Part shown: piece by piece, positions 63,301 through 64,000 of the stretch
How the letters are laid out: each line of letters opens with the position of its first letter
How positions within the stretch are numbered: position 1 is the stretch's first letter
DNA from: Lepidodermella squamata
Lineage: Eukaryota > Animalia > Gastrotricha
Direction: 5' to 3'
Assembly (NCBI GenBank): GCA_047495785.1
Contig: JBLDXI010000015.1
Span: 4,526,001 to 4,590,000, forward strand
DNA length: 64,000 bases
Translations under genes and position numbers: made by a program
The notes under the pieces: model-generated
Database searches by the model: none
The model's input: only the letters and a program-made list of their open reading frames with translations
What the model was told of the DNA's origin: nothing

Positions 63301-64000
63301 TTTTTCTTGAATTTAATCTTCATCTGCAATGTCATCTTCATTCACAAATGAGCTTTACATCTCGTTCCAGCCCTTTCAAAGTCGCATAGCTTCTCACATC
63401 ACTGCACATCACAGCACAGCACAGCAGTAATTAAGCAATCGTGTATGGTACGGAATACAAGAACACTTTTCCGGTACGAATTACCGTATGAATCGAGGTT
63501 CCGAAGGTCACTGAGTGGTCGCTCGGCTGAGTTCTCCCTTAGTTATTGCATGCCATCAAAAAACTAAATTTTTCAGCATCAAAATGTCGAATTAATTGTT
63601 AAAACTTGTTCGAATACTTAAAAATTAGAATTCTGCATGTCCTTGAAGTGACGTCTTTTTCTCGTTTTACCGCGGATTTCTGTTCTTGGAAAAGTTTCGA
63701 TTTTGCGCCCCTTGGAGGTGGTGCGGTGTTTGCAGGTTTCAGGTAGCAGCGAAGGGTAAACTGTTGACTTTTTTCAATTATTGAACATCTTGAGTATTCA
63801 GTAACGTACATATACAGTCGACTATCGACTTCGCTAATGTTTGTCTTACTCCGTCGGAACTTATTATTTTCTGTTTTATGAGCACAATTCTGGTTCGTAA
63901 GCCCAGGCTCTATCATGATTCCATGAAGTAGTTGTGTGATGAAGATGTGAGATCTAGCTTGGACACAAATAGCCCAGTTGAACGTCTTGATCATAAATCC

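Overview
Gene-dense window from a compact animal genome: AT-rich intergenic DNA, many short GT-AG introns (mostly about 48-60 nt), an interstitial (TTAGGG)n tract and a lophotrochozoan-style calcitonin. A small-genome spiralian is plausible, but the taxon cannot be fixed from sequence. About 27 protein genes are recognisable: 3' part of ATM, two GK5-like glycerol kinases, two neuropeptide precursors only partly shown by the ORF track, phosphonatase (PhnX-like), D-serine dehydratase-like, AMBRA1, RBM22, an EGF-type membrane ligand, MTCH, two GDP-fucose synthases around MFSD9, MINPP1, Rab5-like and RJL GTPases, capicua, HEATR5, CDC26, GTF3C3, PTRHD1, NFS1, RCAN and three SLC16/MCT paralogs. The most striking structure is the co-oriented block CDC26-GTF3C3-PTRHD1-NFS1 (47541-52556). 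CDC26 stops 3 nt before the GTF3C3 ATG. PTRHD1 has no N-terminal ATG (candidate CTG start) and its stop overlaps the NFS1 start (TAATG). Both upstream ORFs are almost ATG-free. This looks like two leaky-scanning bicistrons joined by a poly(A)-signal/splice-acceptor junction typical of trans-spliced operons. Also notable are a telomere-repeat-cored inverted-repeat insertion with a probable target-site duplication in a GK5 intron, and a calcitonin gene next to a Cys-less peptide gene with the same exon architecture. All gene models are manual; no searches were run.
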